From: Vitrella brassicaformis CCMP3155
Taxonomy: Eukaryota > Protista > Chromerida
Reading direction: 5' to 3'
Assembly: GCA_001179505.1 (NCBI GenBank)
Contig: CDMY01000330.1
Coordinates: forward strand, 1-64,000
Length of the DNA stretch: 64,000 nt
Of this stretch, positions 37,927-51,900 are shown in pieces; within the stretch, counting starts at the first letter, position 1; every line of letters starts with the position of its first letter. Both the position numbers and the translations under genes were made by a program. Under the pieces are notes generated by a model, which saw nothing but the letters and a program-made list of their open reading frames with translations, was not told the DNA's origin and did not search any database.

Positions 37927-40900
37927 TCACGTTTTCTTTTTGATGAATTTCTTGGCTCTCTTTGGCTGTCCGCTGCCGGCCCCTCCAGGGTTGCTCACCC
38001 TCTTCTTGTGACGAAGCTTCCACAGCTTGCGACCTACACACATAAAAGCCGACACGCTGCTCTGCTGGTGTGGCGACCCATACACATCCGTTTGTCTACT
38101 GACCAGATATGGCGGGCAGCGTCTCAGGAGCCGCCATTTTGTAGTCAGGCTCGCGGCGCAACTGGACACGTCAACCACACACATGAGGACACGCGAGCCC
38201 GATCCCCAATGTGTGTCTCTGTCCACCTGCGTCTTTCGTGTGATGAGCCGCTTGTTCTTGGGCATCACGGCAAGAGCACGGAAGCTGCACGAGAACACAA
38301 CACAACACAACACACGCAGAGAGAAGTTCATTGGACGCTGCGCGACCCGTGCCCACATATGCATCCTTCCTCCTTGCTCACCCTTTCTGCGCTTCGACGG
38401 CCTTGAGTGGGTCGACTCTCTGGCGCCTCTTCTTGACACCGGACGCAGATGCCGACACTGCCTCGCCCACCCCTGACGCTGCTGCGGCTGCTGCCATTTT
38501 GCTGTCCCTTTGTTGGTCCCTGACTGCCTGCTGCACGGGCGTCGCCTGGCTCATCATCTGGGCCGGCACGAGATACTTGGGCAAATGGCGGAGGTGCTGG
38601 TACACAGACTTGTGCTCCTGACAGACAGGTGGAGAGCCAGGCAGATTCTTACGAGGGGGAATCTGGTCGGTCTCGTTATGCGCTTATGTTGTGTTTGACA
38701 GGCTCACCTTGAGCTGTCTTGCGCTTCTTTTGAGTGCCTTGGCGTCCTGCCAGACCACACAGGCACCGCCAAAGCTCAGCACCCACCATGCCCTTGCCCC
38801 CTGTGCTGTGTGCCAATACATGCCTGTGGGTTTTCCTGGAAGTGTGCCTTGAGCTTGGCCGAGTGAAGTGCCTCCCTCTGCAGCTCCCTGGCACGCATGG
38901 CCGCGATGGCCCGCTTGGTGACGCCACGGCTGACGTCCTCAACGCGATAGCGAAAACACTCGATGTCCTTCAGGTTCAACGGCAGCGCACGAACCACTGA
39001 TACACACCAAAGAAAGGGATACCGAAGAATTACGTCGGTTCGTGTCTGTATGCGTGTTCTTGTCACTACCAGGTTCGTCTGGGCTGCCTGGAGAGCGCTG
39101 ATGCTCCTCAATCTGACGGCAAGGAAAATGCAGTGGGCTGGCTGGAGGTGCTGTGTGCCGCTTCCACTCTTTCTTTCACCTTGTTCATGAGCATCTTGTC
39201 CTCCTGCCTCTCACTGACGAGCGTCAATGCCGTCCCCATCGCACCCGCACGGGCCGTGCGACCCACCCTGACACACACATAGACAATGATGGGTGTATGT
39301 GTTGGCTGACGTACACACCTGTGTGTGTGGCTGAGCTACGTACCTGTGCAGGTATCCCTTGACGGATCTGGGCATGTCCGCATTGATGACCACGGCCACA
39401 TTCTGCAGGTCGAGACCGCGGTGGACACCAAACTGCGCGTCGGCCTGAACGACAGACAAAACACGTACGTACGTCAATCGATTGACACTGTTGTTTGCAC
39501 ACGTCCGTGTGGTGTGTCTGGCTGTGCCGTGTTGGCCCGTACGGTACGTACCATTTGCTTCTTCTTCTTGAGTTTGGCAGGCAGCTGTTCATTGGGCATC
39601 TGCTCGTCTGCCTCCTCATCCAGATCGATCTCGTCGCCTTCTGCGTCTCCGTCTTCCTCATCCATATCCATTTCCTCATCCTCATCGTCGTCGATAGCAT
39701 CCCCGCCTCCATCCCCACCCTCATTCCCATCTTCGCCGAGATCGACATCGTCAAGCTCGTCGCCCTCGTCTTCTTGCTCACCCTCGGCGGCCACCTCTTC
39801 TGGCTCGTCGTCGTCCTCCTCCTCATCATCTTGTTCCTCCTCATCGGAGCCGTCCTCCTCTGCCTTGACGTCCTCCAGCTGCGTGGAGCTGCCGGTTGGT
39901 CTCGAGGGGTCATCCTCCTCGACGCTCTCATCCGTCGCTATCAGCAGCTCAAACAAACTCTGATTGAACGACTGGTGCAAGCAGGAGATGGCCGATACGC
40001 ACAGCACAACACACAGAGGGATGTGGGTTCAGGGTGCATACCTTTTGTGTGTCGGGCTTCCCACCTCCCGTACCTGGATGATGGTCTGTCTGCTTGCGTG
40101 AGGCAGTAGTGGGTTGAGGACGGCAGATGGGATCGAGAAGCGCTCCAGGAACAGCTTCAGGCCGTATGCACGATCCACCGACGAGACGAAGATGAGTGTC
40201 TTGCCCTGCACCAGGTTGAGCTTGATGAGGGCATACAGGATGAGGTTCTTGTCCTTGTCCACACACTCGAGGTAAAACTGATGCAAATCGCCACCTGATG
40301 GAAGACGAGCAAAGCGACGGATGCGATGATGGATGCATTGTCATGACGGATGGGTGTTGTGCTGTCCGTGGACCCACCGGCGCCTTCGGTCTCTTCGACT
40401 TTGAGGATGACGGGCTTGTGCAGCATCAGACCCTTCAGCTCCTCAACCTGGACCCATTCAAGACACAACACAAGCAATGCAACGCACACTCCAGTGAGAG
40501 AAGGGCTCGCCTCGCCTCGGTCTGCCTGACCTCCTTGTTAAGCGTCGCCGACACCAGTATGCAGTTGTACGAGTGGGTGCTCGTGCTGGGCAGCATCCGA
40601 CACAGCGCCCGCATGTCCTCCTCGTACCCGAAAGAGAACAGCAGGTCGGCCTCATCCACCACTATCATCTCCACCATGTCCTTGATGCTCCCCCTCACCA
40701 CCCCCGCCATCGCCGCGCTGCCCCTGCCCCTCCTCTCCAGCACCGACAGGAACGACACGAGCGTCGTCGGTGTGGCGATCAGGATGGTCGGCAGCTCCGC
40801 GAGTGTGGCCGTGCCCTTGGATAACAGGAAGGGGGAGAGGGGGTTGGCTGAATGGGCGTCGCCCCGCTGCTTCTTGGCGTCGGTGCTGGCGCCTCCTGCT

Positions 40901-41374
40901 GCTGTTGTTGATGGTGATGATATGATGAAGTCGGCGGAGACCAGCTCGTTGCAGAACGATAGAAGCGTTGACATCACCTCGTACACCTGCGTGAATGAAT
41001 GAGCATTGACAGCAACCGCCCAAACGGGTGAATGCATTTCATCTGTAGTGCTCATAGCCTACCTGGACGCACAGCTCCTTGGTGGGCACCAGGACGAACG
41101 CCCTCAGTCGCCTCATCTCGCCTCCCTTGCCGCGCTCCGCCTTCTCGAGCATCTTGGCAACCACGGGCACGGCATACGCCAGCGTCTTGCCAGATCCCGT
41201 CCTCGCGCGAATGAGCAGATCCCGGCCCTCCAGCGCTATCGGGATGGCCTGGCTCTGCACGTACGTCGGGTGTTGGAGATGCATCTTGTGCACCATCGCA
41301 CGCGTGATGCGCCTGTCGAGGTACTTGGCGCCGAAGTCGGCGAAGCTCTGGCTCTCGTCGATTACGTTCGCCAT
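37927..41374 (-). CDS. DBP9: DEAD-box RNA helicase DBP9/DDX56
   Basis: [31 protein letters not shown] and [10 protein letters not shown] motifs, plus the DBP9-type C-terminus FRYRVED...ELQRE...[10 protein letters not shown]. Confidence 0.92.
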
Positions 41375-41594
41375 ATCCCCTCCGCTTGCTTAGCTCCTTG
41401 CTTAGCTCGCACTGGCGATCGGGCTTCCTCAGCGTTCGTTCGCTCCAGCGTTCCACCGCATTCCTGTGCACTTGCCAGCATTCTCTGCTGCTTCAGTGTT
41501 GAATTCACCGATTCAAGCGCGAGAACACCGCCAGTCAGACGCCCCCATCACTGCCCCCCGTCTGCATGAGCGAATCTGAGACACCACGGCTCCG

Positions 41595-44269
41595 ATGATC
41601 CAGATTGACGATGACTTCGACTTTGACGGGATGGAAGTGGACTTCTCCGCCACTGCCCCACAGACAACGTCGTCAGCGGCGGCGAGGAAGAAGAAGGGGA
41701 AGTCCAAGACGGGCAAGGCGCAGAAGAAGGGCGTAAAGAGGGCCGCTGGGGCCTCCCTGGGACAGTTTCTGGCCGGAAGGGGGGAAGATCTATACGCCTT
41801 TGACGTCGACTTCACGCCTGCACGTAGGGGACAGGAGAGAGACAGAGACAGACAGACAGACGGACAGGCAACTCGCGTGTCTCGTGTGTGGCACAGGAGC
41901 GTTCAAATATGAGGGAGAGACATCCAACACAGAGGCTTCACAGAGAGCAGCGGACAAAAGGGCACAGCGCACGGCCGCACCAGCACAGGCCACACGAGAG
42001 CGCGAGAGAAGACCTCAGCCGAAACGTAAGTATACCAACTCACACAGACGCGCATTATCCATATGCTTCCTCCACGCCTGTCCCTCCGCAGAGCGTCCTG
42101 CCACCGGTCCTGGTCCGAACTACAGCTTCGAGCACTTCTTGGACGAGCCTGACACCGATGAAGAGCCATCGCCCCTACCGCCACCAAGACCTCAGCCGCC
42201 CCAAAGCGTCACCCCTCCCCCGATGCCAATCGCGTCAGAGAGAGACGCTTCGTCGCCGAGTCGTCCGCCTTGGTCGGCTTCGACCACGCTTGTCGACCCC
42301 ATGAGCCGATCGAGAGACATGCGGATGACCGCCGCCACACCCGTGGTGGGAGTTTTTACTTTCGCTGTCCTTGTGCGTTCGAGGAGAACCGATGTGTTGT
42401 TTGCGTGCAGTCGGCAGGGCATGAGATGTTTGGTCGGGTGGGTCGTTTGGGTGACCTCCAGGACATCCTCGCAATGGAAGTGCCGCAAGAGGACACGAGC
42501 AAGACGCAGGCTGGCGCTGTCGAGCAGCGAGGAGTGCAGGCAATGGCCTTTTCGTTCAGCGACAAGGATGACAAGAAGGTGACTAGGGCTCGAACGCGCC
42601 AGTCAGCGATGTGTACGATCACTATGTCTGCGTGTTGTGACGGTTTCAAGGCTTTCTCTGAGTCGTTTGGTCGGATTGGGAATATTGCTGACTTGGCCCT
42701 GATTACGGAGGAGTCGATACAAGAGGTATGTAGGACAAACGACATACGCCGCAACGCACCTGGCCGTCCACATTGCGCTTTGTGTGTCCCCGAAAGATTG
42801 TGGAGGCCCCCGATCATCCAGAGGCAGCGCCGCAGCCAAAGGGGGTCAGACACACAGCTTGTGCACGTGCACATATATCGATGGATGGATGGCGGCATTT
42901 GTATCATTCGATGGATGCATCAGATGACCCGCTCCAAGTCCCGTATCAGTCTGACCGAGCCCCCTTTCAAGCTGGAGAAGCGACTGAGCAGAGCACCGTC
43001 AATCACCACATCCATGTATGTGTGACAACAGAACCCTGTAAGCTCATGTCTCGTGCGCGATTGTCTTGTCATCTCAGCGCGTATTCCGATGATTTCGAGC
43101 TCTACGACGCCTCCCGGTCGCCATCCAATGCCCACAGCCGCCCTCTCACCCCACACAGGCCGCCCTCGCACAGACAAACCTTCACCACATCTCCCCCGCC
43201 CCCACAGCCGCAGCAGCCTCTACCAGAGAGGCCCCCGACCCCTAACTCAGTTCGATTCGCCGAGAAGCAACAGAGAGACAGAGACAAGGAGGGAACAACG
43301 CCCCTGGTGAGTCAGCGGAGCGACTCTCTCAGCCGTGCTGGCAACAGGGGCTCTGTTGAGTGGGAAGGCGGCCCCACGGCCAGGCAGAGGACAGTCGGTG
43401 TGCAGAAGCGGGTCAGCAAGACCGTGGGGGTGCAGTGCAATGACCTCCCCATGCCCCATATGATGCATGAAGGTCGGAACACACAAATGCCATCACACGA
43501 AAAGGTCGGTGTGTACATTGCGATCTGCCTATGTGGACATCAGATCCCTTCTCTGCTTATCGCTCGACCTTTCCTCATTCTGGCTTTCCTTCTCCTTTCC
43601 TCCCCCCTCCTTACATGTACTTCCCGCCGCCACCTGCGCCCTATTTCATGCCGCCTCTGTTCGCTCCTGCCTCATCACACCCCGCAGACCGCATCTTCCA
43701 TCTCCCGCGGCCCCCCACGGACCTCGTCAGACAGGCTAGAAAAAAGCAGCAGGGTATGGAGAAGGCGAGACGAAGAGAAAATGCAGCGGAAAGGGGAAGA
43801 CAGATGGACGCGGCGAGAGACTCTGGGATGGGGCCGGGCAAGTCGGATGATCGTGCTGCTGCTGGAACTTCTGATGATTCGAGTGAGGTGCCACCCCCAC
43901 AACAGCCAAGAGTAGCGTGGGAGTCACCCAGGTGAGCCACTCGGTCGGATCGAGGCGCACTTATGGTTACAGGCTATGTGTGCGTGTGTGTGTGTGTGTG
44001 TCTGTGTGTGTGTGTGTGTCATATGCTACAGCAGGATGATGTATGACAACAGTATGCGGATTCTCGAAGAAGCCTTCAGAGCACAAGTAAAGAACCTCAG
44101 GACACGACACATGTATGTCTTTGGACACACATCCATTTCTGTCTCTTGCTTCATTTATCAGATGTCCTCCCTGCGTGACGTGATGGTTCGCCACAATGCC
44201 TTGCTGGACGAGGCGAGGCAGCTGCAGCAGGAGGCGTACAGAAGGCGGGCAGCGAGGGGAGGCAGATAA
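41595..44269 (+). CDS. hypothetical low-complexity protein with C-terminal coiled coil
   Basis: MIQIDDDFDFDGMEVDF...; multi-exon and Pro-rich; ends ...LLDEARQLQQEAYRRRAARGGR. Divergent from DBP9. Confidence 0.5.
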
Positions 44270-44336
44270 AGGGATAAAGTAATACCACGCACCGACAATG
44301 GCCTCTGCCTAACTGCCTGATATCGCCACGCCAATC

Positions 44337-47300
44337 CTATGTTATCGACACATCATGCCTATGTGCCTGCCTGCCTTCTTGATTCACGTCCTGTCTTCTT
44401 GCTCCTCTCTGTAGCGTATGGCACCAGCGTAGTTGCACAAGGGGACCTCGCTGCACATGACAATCAGACAGACACAGACACATGGAGAAATGAATGAACT
44501 GCCTGTATGTATGTGTGCATCTTCGCTCGCACCTCATGAGTTTCCCTTGGCCATCGCAGAACCTCTTCAGCTGCCGGCCGTCTCGTGTGTGGTGCAGTCC
44601 CTCTCCCTCACGATGACCGCGCACAAAGGGCCCCTCATCAAAGGACCCGTGAGGGGTCAGCAACACACCCCTGCGTGTACACCGGAGTAGAGACAAGCAT
44701 CCGGTGCATTTCTGTCTGCGTCGAGTGCTCACCAGTACTGGTATGCGTCATTGCGGAATATGCCACGGTAGACATTGGCCGACGGGCCCTCCACCATCGC
44801 TCCCCGTGAGTGCTTCTCGCCCTCTCGCCAATATCCACTGAACAAGACACCAAGCTTCATGTCGATCGATGCAGCCAACCCAGAAAGGTCTCCTGTCTTA
44901 TCCATGCCTCCCTACGTATTACGTGTATGTCGATCCGTCTCGGTGTGTGCATGTGCCCCAGCCGTCATATTTACACCAGTGAGGCGGACCTGTGACGTGA
45001 CGTGCACAAATGTGCAAATGGTGTCGAAGAGGCGTCGGTGCGTGCCTGCTGACCTGACGTTGGAACGCTCATCTTGATGCCCCAAGGCCTTGGTGCGTCA
45101 GCAGCCGAAGGCAGCCCTCTCACAGAGCCGCAATATGTCTCTTTAGCCTTTAATCGAAGAGTGCCTTGGCCGTCGGGCACATCGTTGCGGATCATTCCCT
45201 GCACGCAAAATGAGTAGAACAGCCGTGGACTGGACTCGGGTGTCGTGTGGATGGATCGGTGTTCGTATATACCTCATAGTGATCTCCGTTGCCCCACTTG
45301 ATTACGCCATGTCCGTTGAATCGTCCTTGTTGGCACTCCCCGTCAATCACGCACACCAGCTCCTTCCCTTGACCCTTCCGCCCCTCACAAAGCAATCGCA
45401 CGGCCGCATCAGCCGTTGTCGCCCTCATATAATCTACCACAGGCAGATATTGAGCCGAATGGCATCGCACCACATATAGGCGTCCCCTTCCGTGTGGCTC
45501 TCCCTTGTTGAACTCGCCGATGTAGTGATAGTGCACAAGGCGACCCCCTGCTTGGTCCGATGTCCTCTGCACCCACAGCTTCTCTCCCCATCCGTGCAGC
45601 CGATTCATGTGCCACTCGCCGCGAACAAAGAGAGGGGATGCGCCGCTTGGGTCCGAGATGTACTGCCCACAGCCTTGGCGCACATCAGAGTGGAACTGGC
45701 CGATGTACGTCGAGCCATCGGGGTATGTGAGTCTGCCGGCGCCCTGCCGCCGCCCTCTGTGGTATTCGCCCTCGTATGTGAGACCGTCTGTCTTCCGCAG
45801 CAGTCCCTGGCCGTGTCTTTTGTCTTCCAACAGCTCCCCTGAGTACCGGTCTCCACTGCTGCTTGTGATGCAGCCTTTTCCGCTCTTCTGCCCCTGGGCG
45901 AACAGGCCTTCGTACTTGACTCCTCGCACATCCGTAACACTGCCGGGACCTGCGTCATAGAGAATTGAAAGACATGAGGTTGCGCATTCGCCGGCTGACC
46001 ATCGAGAAGGCCCTTTCTAAAGACCCCTTCAAAGATTGTCCCGCTATCGAGTCTTATTCGGCCCTGAACCACCACCGATGCTCACATGTATGAGCGTGTA
46101 CACAGCCCAAAGCGTTTGATGTTCAGTCAATGTCTCACCACTCCTTGTGCGCTTCCATTGACCAACTGGCCTTCGTAGTCCCCCCAGCCCTTGACACAGA
46201 GCCGGCCCCAGCCACCAACAATATCACCCTTCCACGTGCCGTCGTATTTGACATGGGGGCTCCATTCGTCAGGGTGACGGTCGCTAACAGCTCGAAGAGA
46301 TGATGTGGGAAGCCGGACAGTCGTGAAAGTGATGTTGGGAGGGAAGAGTGCGTCATCGTCCGCCACTGCCGGCGAGTGAGGCTCCCCAGAGGACTCGAAG
46401 AGAGGGAAGTCGTCAGCGGAAGGGCTGTCTGTCGTGAGCAATGCCTCTGGCGTGGCAGCCCGCGAAATGATTGGCTCCGGGATGGGGATGTTGAGGGACG
46501 GGGGGCTGTCTTGACCCCCAGTGTCGCCACACGACACAAACCAATGTGTACCATTGCCATGTCTCTGATGTTCGAGGAAGCCACCTTTGTACAAGCCGCC
46601 ATGGCTGAATACAGAGCAGGAATCGCTGTAGTGTTTCGCTTAGCTATCAACACATGCAGTACTTGAGAGTTTCAAGGAAGATGGGTAACAGGGAAGACGG
46701 CTTGTTCCGTTCGAGGTAGTCGATGAGCTCCCGCGCCTGCTGATCGCCCACCTCTGCCGCCATCAAAGGCACTGGGGGCTCCAGCTCGTCCACCTCATTT
46801 CGACTCTCGACATCCGCCTTTCTCACTCCCTCAATGGCCGGTGCCGTGACAGCCCACTTCCATTGATCGACGTCTTCACGCAACACCGCCGGCATGTCAC
46901 CCACACTGTGGCTCGCCTGTGGCAATGGCACTCCTCGCTCTTTCTTCAGCAGAGACACATCCGAGCTGCTTCGCGTCAGCGGGGGAGATGTCGGTGGGCA
47001 GACGATCGACAAGAGCTCCTGCCAATCTTCGAGGGAGAGGATGGTCGAGAGGGGGATGGGTGACAATGCCACAGGCGAGGGCCGAATGATGGGAGGAGGG
47101 GAGGGGGACGACGGCAGCGTTGACGGCGTTGGGGCAGGCTCGGGCTGGCCCTTCGGCTCCCAGTCATCCTTGATTGATATGTCCTGGAGACATGGAGGTC
47201 GACACAGAGACACATGGACACAAGTGCTGCAGTGCGATGCATCCAGTACAGAGACGTGCAGTGTACCTCAGCGGCGTCTCGTCTCTGTATGTGCATTCGC

Positions 47301-48233
47301 GCAGCCTCCAAGAGGGCATCCTCCCAGTACGCGCATGGCCACCTGCACCAGCCCAGGCCGTTTAACAGCCCTCCGTCGAACCTTCCAACATACACACGGC
47401 CGTCAGGAGAGTAGAGCGTCGCTATGCCGCCTGCCGGCACGTCGTCCTGCGCACAACAACAAGGCAGCCGATGGAAGACCACACATATGGACAGTCACTG
47501 TGCGTGTCTCGTTTATGCATCCCCACCGTACGCGGAACGGCCCGTGGTAGATATGTCCGTCCGTTTCAAGCAGACACCCATCCCCCTCTCTTCTGTCGCC
47601 TCGCCACCCCGACGCTGCAAACCGACCTGCAGCCAGTGCAAACATGAGAGCTGACACTGTGGGTGTCCATGGCTTGACTCTCTGGATACCATCTCTGTAG
47701 CTGAGAAGGCCATACCCACTTCTCTGGTTCTGGCCGCCATCGAACCTCCCAACATACAGGCTGCCATCGACCAGGCTCTCGGCCTGCAGGCCGTCCCTCT
47801 CTCGATAGGCATACAAAGCCAGACGTGCCCCAGGGTGAGTCGTGTGCATCGCCATCTCGCCTCGCACAGCTCTCTGAAGGCCTGCATGTGCGTGCACACT
47901 GCAATGAAGCTCCGATGCCTCACACAATCTGCGTCTCCAAAACCGTCGCAGCTCGGCTCGTTCTCGCTCAGGAAGCAGATTGCTGCACACTTTCGACGCT
48001 GATGAGCCGCTCAATTGCAGTCGAAATGGCCTCCTTGGCGATCTGCTGTCCTCCCCTCTGCAATGGGGCCCAGCGGTGGGGCCCCAGCCGATTAGCTTTT
48101 TCCGCATAACTGGAGCCTCCAGCTTAGTGGTGTGTGTCCTGTTAGGCACCTGTGAGCGTTTGGCGGCGCCACGTGGCCATTTGATGGATGGAAGATGCCG
48201 AGTGGCGGAGTGTAGCCGAAGTGGCCTCGCCAT
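44337..48233 (-). CDS. MORN-repeat protein
   Basis: Many Y-x-G-x-F/W-x2-G-x3-G-x-G repeats (KYEGLFAQGQKSGKG, YSGELLEDKRHGQG, YEGEYHRGRRQGAG, YIGQFHSDVRQGCG). Termini are approximate. Confidence 0.8.
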
Positions 48234-48603
48234 TTGGTCAGTTCAGGCACAGCCCAGTCGGTGTGCTTCCCTGTCACAACCGTGAAGGGCGCGGGTTCGG
48301 TTCGCGGAGACGTCCGGTATAAGAACCACCGCGGGGCGAGGCCCTAGGAGGAAGGAGGAAGGGTCGGACCTCTCGAGGCGGGCGACTCACTGAGTTACCC
48401 ACCCCCTCGAGAGGTCTTGCCATGTGAGCTGGCAAGCCTGGGGGCTCTTGCGTCTCAACAGAGTGTTCTGAGGCCTTCAACTTTGAGGCTCGACATACAG
48501 CAGTTTGTGCGTCATTCGGTCTGCACACTGCACTGGGGCTCCCATCCTCGGCGATTGATTCGCATCCTGGCTGATGGTGTTTGGCTCCTGCTCAACCTTC
48601 AAG
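47743..48603. repeat. about 860-bp inverted repeat, left arm
   Basis: Reverse complement of 55589-56448; covers the MORN gene 5' end and its upstream region. Confidence 0.9.
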
Positions 48604-48907
48604 CTTAGCTTCAAGTCGTCGTTGAAGGGAATTGGTGCTCTGTGAGGTGCTTGCAGGAAGATTGCCTCAGAAGGTTGCCAAGATCCGAGTGCTGGCCAAG
48701 GTTCCTTCGACGGTTGCCGCATGAAGAGCCCGTCTCGGCAGGCTCGGGGCGCTTTTGAGCCCTGGAGTGATGCAGTTTGTGGATCGCTCTGACTCGAGCC
48801 GGTGGTGGTCTTCAATTGCATTGTAGGCGTGGATGTGGACTATGTACGCCGTTTTGCGTGTGTCAAATGCAAGAACCGATCGTTCGAACTCACTGACTGG
48901 TGTCGAT

Positions 48908-51900
48908 TCATTCATCGTCTATCCACAGGAGCAATTTGTGCATCCGCTTGTCTGGATTGCCACCTGCAACATCCCTCCTGCCCTGCTGCGCATCCACCAT
49001 CAGGGTGCTGCGGTTGCTGGCCACCATGCACTGACGCAGGCGGCCCGGCCCGCCCTCTCGCATCAAGTCGAGCCACATGATGTGCATCAGTGGCGGCAGC
49101 ACCAGCGCATCTGTGGCAGCGTAGGCATACATTGGGAGGGGCAGCGGACGCACACGCCAGTCGGAACACTGATACGCTGTACCATGGCAGCACACACACA
49201 GCAAACACGAAATGACACATATCCATGCGTGTCGCGAGCATAGTGTGTTGTGCACGTCATACACACCCTTTGACAGATTGAGGCCGTAGTAATGCTGGAT
49301 GAGGTCCTTCAGGCCCTCGATGCCCTGCCGCGTGAGTTCCAGTGTGACAGCGGCTGCGTGTGTGTCGAATAGGTTGACCAGCGACAGTTCAAAGTCGCAT
49401 TGCAGCCAACGAAGATCGTTGTGGGAGCTGTGCAGCACCTTCACCACCTGACAACACACAATTGTGCATATTCTCCGACATACGCATACACATGCATAGC
49501 TTCTCTTTCGGACGTACGTTTGGATCGCTGAATACGCCCTGCAGGGCGTCGTGTATATGCTCTCTCAGGGCGACGGCATCGATGACGAGTCCCCTGCCGT
49601 CAGCAGTGGCCAGCTGCACGAGGCACACGAACCCCACACCAGGCCGCACCTCATGATACTCCACATCCACACCCAGCACACGGACTCCCGCCACCAGACG
49701 ACCAACCTCCAGAAACAGCGATTCTTCCTCATCCACGAAGACCACCTGCCCCTCGGTGAAGCGGCCGGCGATGCACGCCCGCACCAAGGGCAGCATGGCA
49801 TCTCGCTGCTGATACATGATGCGCCGAATTGACGCATCACAGTGGTCGGCGGGGAGGATCGACATGAGGGAAGGGACGGCGTACGCCGATGGGACGTTGG
49901 AACGTCCGGCAATAGCAGACGGCGCCGGCTCATCATCGAGCAGAGAATGGACCACCGATGAACAGGGATTCGGCCGCGGACCTGAAACAACACGAACCGA
50001 TGATACTGCACTGCATGAATGTCGGTGCCTGTGGGCTAGATGCAGCGCCGACCTGCTGGTGCAGCCTGTATCCTAAATCGGATGCGTGGGATGCGGAATG
50101 GACAGACAGATGGGTCATTACCATGGGAGAGGGCGAGGAAGCAGTCAGAGTGGCCGTTGACAAGTGCCATATCCCGGGCGGAACACATGACAGCCGCCGA
50201 GGGGGTGCCCTTGGCGAGGATGGTGTGGATGATTTCCATGCTGCCACTCATGGCCGCGCCCTCCTGTTTAAACACTCATTCACAAAAGACACACACACAC
50301 ACACAGACACAGTGACGGGCGTACACGGATGATAGATTGCTCACCAGCGGCGAAAGGAAGCGCCAGCCCCTCTCCTGCGCCACGATCAGAGGGTCCCCCC
50401 CTGCATCCAATAGCCGCTTGAACACATCCACAGAGCCGCTGAGGGCCGCACACGTCATCACACTCCACTGAAAGGGCCCATCAGCGTCAACCAAAGACAA
50501 ACCAGAGGTACCCCCAAAGCTGCTGTCGACAGCCCGATTCAGCAACGACGAAACTGCATGGAAGAGTCCATATGGGCCCCATTCATGCATGCGCAAGTGA
50601 CCCCCCCGCGTCGTCTCCTTCCCACCCACCATGTTCTCGTGTGGAAGAGAAGCGCCTCTCCAAACAGTAAAGAATAGCATTCACGACCTCCCCCCAGCCA
50701 TGGACACATGCTGCCGCCAGCCCGCCCCACAGACCGTCACAATCTCCACCCGACAGTATGGCTTCCGTCAGCCTGACGAGGTGGTCCTTCAGCCGTGTGG
50801 CCGGCACGAGAGCCTCTGCCAGCGTCTCTTGCCACTGTTTCGGTTTGCGGTTGTGTGGATGGGGATGCGGCCGCGGCGGGGCGAGGAGGGGACCGCACGA
50901 CTCCACCATCCACTGGAAGAGCCTACAGATACAGCCAGAGGGATGGCAGCGACTGATAGTGAAGATGGTTGTCGTGTGACTCTTGCGCAGGCATCTGACC
51001 CGGACTTACTTACCGCGGAGTGACGGTTGCGCCGGCCTCGATGAGCAGCTCCTGGCAGTTGAGCATTGCAGTGCAGACACGGCCGGGCGCAGGGGCGGGC
51101 AGATGGATAAGAGACCCATCGGGTTGCTCATTAGATCGCTGCTCGCCATCTGACGCAAAGGGCGGCCACGAAAGATGCACCGACCGATCACCACACAGCT
51201 GAGCCACACAATCGACAGAGAGTAAGGCACGTCACGTCCATCAGAGAGACGAAAAGATGCACGTATCCCCTACCCCGTTGGTGCAGAGAGCAGTATGTTC
51301 CATTGCTGACGCGTCAGCCGCCACCCCACGCTGCATCAGGCACCTCAGACACTCCACTTGGCCTTCACGACACGCAAGCGACACCAGCGAACGCCACGGA
51401 ACCGACACGTGTGGTTCCTTATCCGCACGGGCAAGTAGGGCGTCCAGTGTGTCTCGGCTGCCGCCCTTGACGGCGTAGTCGAATGCCGTCCGATTGAAGC
51501 CATCGTGGCATGCCAGGGACGCGCCTGATGAGAGGAGAATCTGATCGAAAAGGACACACAGAAACAAACGGTGTCGCGTCAAAGTGGCGTCGTGACATCC
51601 ATGTGTTTGTCTGACCTCCGTGCATTGCGCATAGCCCCGAAAGGCGGCGCACATCAGCGGAGTGAAGTTGTTCCGCTGGCTGCGGGCCTCCAGAGATGCA
51701 CCTGCCACACCTCAGGCACGACACGACTGTCCATTCACGGCACCCTCTCCAATGGCTGTCTCACGCACCGTGTTTGATAAGGATCTCCAGGCACCTGACA
51801 GCGTTGGTCGATGCTGCTACGTGCATGGGGGTGGCGCCATCAGTGTCGTGCACACTCAGACACGCGCGGCCCTTCTCTGTCTTGAGTAGGATCTCAGTGC

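Noticed and set aside
39560-39960. Large acidic insertion in DBP9
   Set aside because: It lies at a position known to be variable in DBP9/DDX56 homologs and is low complexity.
39474-40007. Overlapping opposite-strand ORFs in GC-rich exons
   Set aside because: These are shadow ORFs expected from high GC content and codon bias, with no independent domain signal.
48250-48500. GC-rich structured region as SRP RNA or RNase P/MRP RNA
   Set aside because: I could not find the conserved motifs of these RNAs.
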